DNA of 26,127 nucleotides, from the NCBI GenBank assembly GCA_044359815.1, contig JBIKLL010000033.1, forward strand, positions 1 to 26,127. Direction: 5' to 3'. The DNA is from Pseudobdellovibrionaceae bacterium. GTDB lineage: Bacteria > Bdellovibrionota > Bdellovibrionia > Bdellovibrionales > Bdellovibrionaceae. The notes beneath the pieces were generated by a model, which had not been told where the DNA came from, ran no database searches, and saw nothing but the letters and a program-made list of their open reading frames with translations. Of this stretch, positions 23,940 to 26,127 are shown piece after piece; the first letter of the stretch is position 1, and the number at the start of each line of letters is the position of its first letter. The translations under genes were made by a program, and so were the position numbers.

Positions 23940-26127
23940 TGGTTTCAAAAGATAAAAATTCAAATCCATCCACCGATGCTGAGTTGTCAGCCAGTGGTAA
24001 GAGAAAAAAATCTTTGGGTCAAAAGGCCACCAAGGTCAAAAGATCCAACAAAAAACGTCCCAAAGTGATCGAGCACCCCAGGTCCTCGGCCATTGAATTT
24101 ACAAACCGTGAAATTGGTTGGCTTGAATTTAACACCAGAGTTTTGGCAGAAGCAAAGGATCTGAACAATCCCCTTTTAGAACGATTAAAATTTTTGGGAA
24201 TTTGCAACAGCAACATGGACGAGTTTTTTATGAAGCGGGTGGGTGGACTGAAAAGGCAGATCGCTTATGGAATTTCGCCAAAATCATCAGATGGTAAAAC
24301 GCCTGTTCAACAATTGAAAGAAATCAGGAATTACTGTTTGCCAATGATTGATGATCAAAGGCAGGTGTTTCAGAACAGCTTGGTTCCAGCCCTTAAGAAA
24401 GAGGGGATTTTTCTGTTAAATTATTCAGAGCTGACCACTGCTGAAAAAGAAGCCGCTGAAAAATACTATTACAAAAATATCTTCCCAGTTTTAACCCCGC
24501 TGTCTGTGGATCCAGGGCATCCTTTTCCTTTTATTTCAAATTTATCTGTGTCTTTAGGAATCACATTGCAAGCTCCTAACAGCGAAGAAAAGTTTTTTGC
24601 CAGGGTCAAAGTCCCTCAGGTATTCCCAGCTTGGATTCAGGTTGGAGCTTCAAATGAATACCGATTTGTTAGTTTAATTGAATTGATCCAAGAAAATCTG
24701 ACTGAATTATTTCCTAGCATGAAGGTCTTGGCAGTGATGCCTTTTAGAGTCACCAGGAATGCGGACATTGAAAGGGACGAGGAGGACGCAGAAGACTTAT
24801 TGCAAATGATCGAGGAAGAATTACGCCAAAGAAGGTTTGCTGAGGTAGTAAGGCTTGAGCATGGGCCCAATCCTGATCCGTGGATGGTGCGATTTCTGAT
24901 GGACGAGCTGGATTTAACCAGTGAGGATATTTTTGAGAAATCAGGAATTTTAGATTACACAGGGTTAAATGTGATTTCGGATCTGCCGATTGCGAAATTG
25001 AAATATTCGAGTTTCACACCCGTGTTGCCCGCGGCATTAATGGACGAAGATTTTAGTCAGTTTTTTCATTCGATTAGAAAAACCGATCAGCTGGTGCATC
25101 ACCCGTTTGAAAGTTTTGTTTCATCAGTAGAAAAATTTGTCAGATTCGCAGCTGATGACCCCAAGGTTTTAGCCATTAAAATGACTCTGTACCGCACGGG
25201 TGACAACAGCCCATTTATAAAAAGCCTTATCAGGGCAGCTGAAAATGGCAAACAGGTAGTCTGTTTGGTTGAGCTGAAAGCACGCTTTGATGAGGAAAGA
25301 AATATTTATTGGGCTCAAGAGCTGGAAAATGCTGGAGTCCATGTGGTGTACGGTATCGTCGGTTTAAAAACACACGCTAAAACGGTGTTGGTGGTCAGAC
25401 AAGAATCCGACGGACTGCAAAGCTATGTGCACATCGGGACGGGTAATTACAATGTCTCGACCTCCAGATTGTACACAGATTTTGGATTGTTGACGGCCAA
25501 CGAGGAAATCACCAGCGAGATCATAGAGTTTTTTAATTATTTAACCGGTCGTTCATTGAAAAATGATTACAAACATCTGTTGGTTGCGCCCTTAAATATG
25601 TTTCAAAGATTTAAATTGATGATCGAACGGGAAATTGAACATCAGAGAGCCGGCAAGCCCGCTCAGATCATAGCCAAAATGAATAATATGGAAGAAAACG
25701 ACATCTCGATTTCCTTGTACGGTGCTTCTGGCTTGGGTGTTAAAATTAACATGATCGTCAGAGGTTTTTGTTGCCTCAGGCCTCAAGTCAAAGGACTGAG
25801 TGAGAATATTTTTGTGCAATCTACGATCGGTCGATTTTTAGAACATTCTAGGGTTTTTTATTTTCGAAATGGTGCCGAAAACCCAGTGGATGGTGAATTT
25901 TATATTGGCTCGGCAGATTGGATGTACAGAAATTTACATGCCCGGGTGGAATGCATAGTGCCGATTTTAAATCGCGATTTAAGAACAAAAATTTGGGATA
26001 TTTTGCAATTGTATTTAACCGATCAAAAGCAAAACTGGGACATGTCATCAGATGGAACTTACAAAAAAAGAACTCAGGGCAACGTGGGAGTGCAAGATCA
26101 GTTGCTTTCACAAGCCATGGCTAAATC
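23939..26127 (+). CDS. ppk1: Polyphosphate kinase 1, truncated by window end
   Basis: Frame from ATG 23939 gives NREIGWLEFN.RVL, NMDEFFMKRV, VHHPFESF, ELKARFDEE, GLKTHAK, HIGTGNYN, GRFLEHSR, IGSADWM.RNL; no stop seen before the window end, hence missing from the ORF track. Confidence 0.97.
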   Translation, partial: MVSKDKNSNPSTDAELSASGKRKKSLGQKATKVKRSNKKRPKVIEHPRSSAIEFTNREIGWLEFNTRVLAEAKDLNNPLLERLKFLGICNSNMDEFFMKRVGGLKRQIAYGISPKSSDGKTPVQQLKEIRNYCLPMIDDQRQVFQNSLVPALKKEGIFLLNYSELTTAEKEAAEKYYYKNIFPVLTPLSVDPGHPFPFISNLSVSLGITLQAPNSEEKFFARVKVPQVFPAWIQVGASNEYRFVSLIELIQENLTELFPSMKVLAVMPFRVTRNADIERDEEDAEDLLQMIEEELRQRRFAEVVRLEHGPNPDPWMVRFLMDELDLTSEDIFEKSGILDYTGLNVISDLPIAKLKYSSFTPVLPAALMDEDFSQFFHSIRKTDQLVHHPFESFVSSVEKFVRFAADDPKVLAIKMTLYRTGDNSPFIKSLIRAAENGKQVVCLVELKARFDEERNIYWAQELENAGVHVVYGIVGLKTHAKTVLVVRQESDGLQSYVHIGTGNYNVSTSRLYTDFGLLTANEEITSEIIEFFNYLTGRSLKNDYKHLLVAPLNMFQRFKLMIEREIEHQRAGKPAQIIAKMNNMEENDISISLYGASGLGVKINMIVRGFCCLRPQVKGLSENIFVQSTIGRFLEHSRVFYFRNGAENPVDGEFYIGSADWMYRNLHARVECIVPILNRDLRTKIWDILQLYLTDQKQNWDMSSDGTYKKRTQGNVGVQDQLLSQAMAK

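Noticed and set aside
23939..26127. Apparent 2.2-kb gap with only short ORFs (possible pseudogene or non-coding island)
   Set aside because: It is the ppk1 frame, with first and last codons in phase; it was omitted only because the stop lies beyond the window.
1..26127. CRISPR array, tRNA/rRNA, prophage, transposase, reverse transcriptase or defence genes
   Set aside because: No spaced direct repeats, cloverleaf-like segments or such protein motifs seen; intergenic gaps are short.

Overview
AT-rich (roughly 38-40% GC by eye), gene-dense bacterial chromosomal segment. It is most consistent with a Bdellovibrionota predator; this is inferred from the orphan secreted proteins, PilZ proteins, FliA/sigma54-type promoter motifs and an spd/mitochondrial-type EF-G1. 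It mostly carries housekeeping genes: infA 3' end, tex, two HAD hydrolases, topA, a Prc/S41 protease, 2-oxoacid dehydrogenase E1 alpha/beta, pyrE, a CNNM/CBS protein, fusA, recQ, a GspG-like protein, an RRM protein, aspartate kinase, aat, two PilZ proteins and ppk1 (runs off the window, absent from the ORF track). I saw no transposase, integrase, CRISPR array, tRNA or rRNA. The main features not explained by standard annotation are: (1) a 153-bp element just after topA with 45-bp near-perfect terminal inverted repeats and a GC-rich inner hairpin; (2) a 63-aa tandem C-x4-H...CxxC protein starting 1 nt after the RRM gene; (3) an in-frame internal SD+ATG in the aspartate kinase gene (beta subunit); (4) three sigma54-type promoters, each before an orphan exported or membrane protein, one of them an unlisted 54-aa ORF; (5) a convergent PilZ pair with FliA-type promoters, one interleaved with the ppk1 start; (6) several apparently leaderless genes. 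All calls come from reading motifs by eye; no database search was run.
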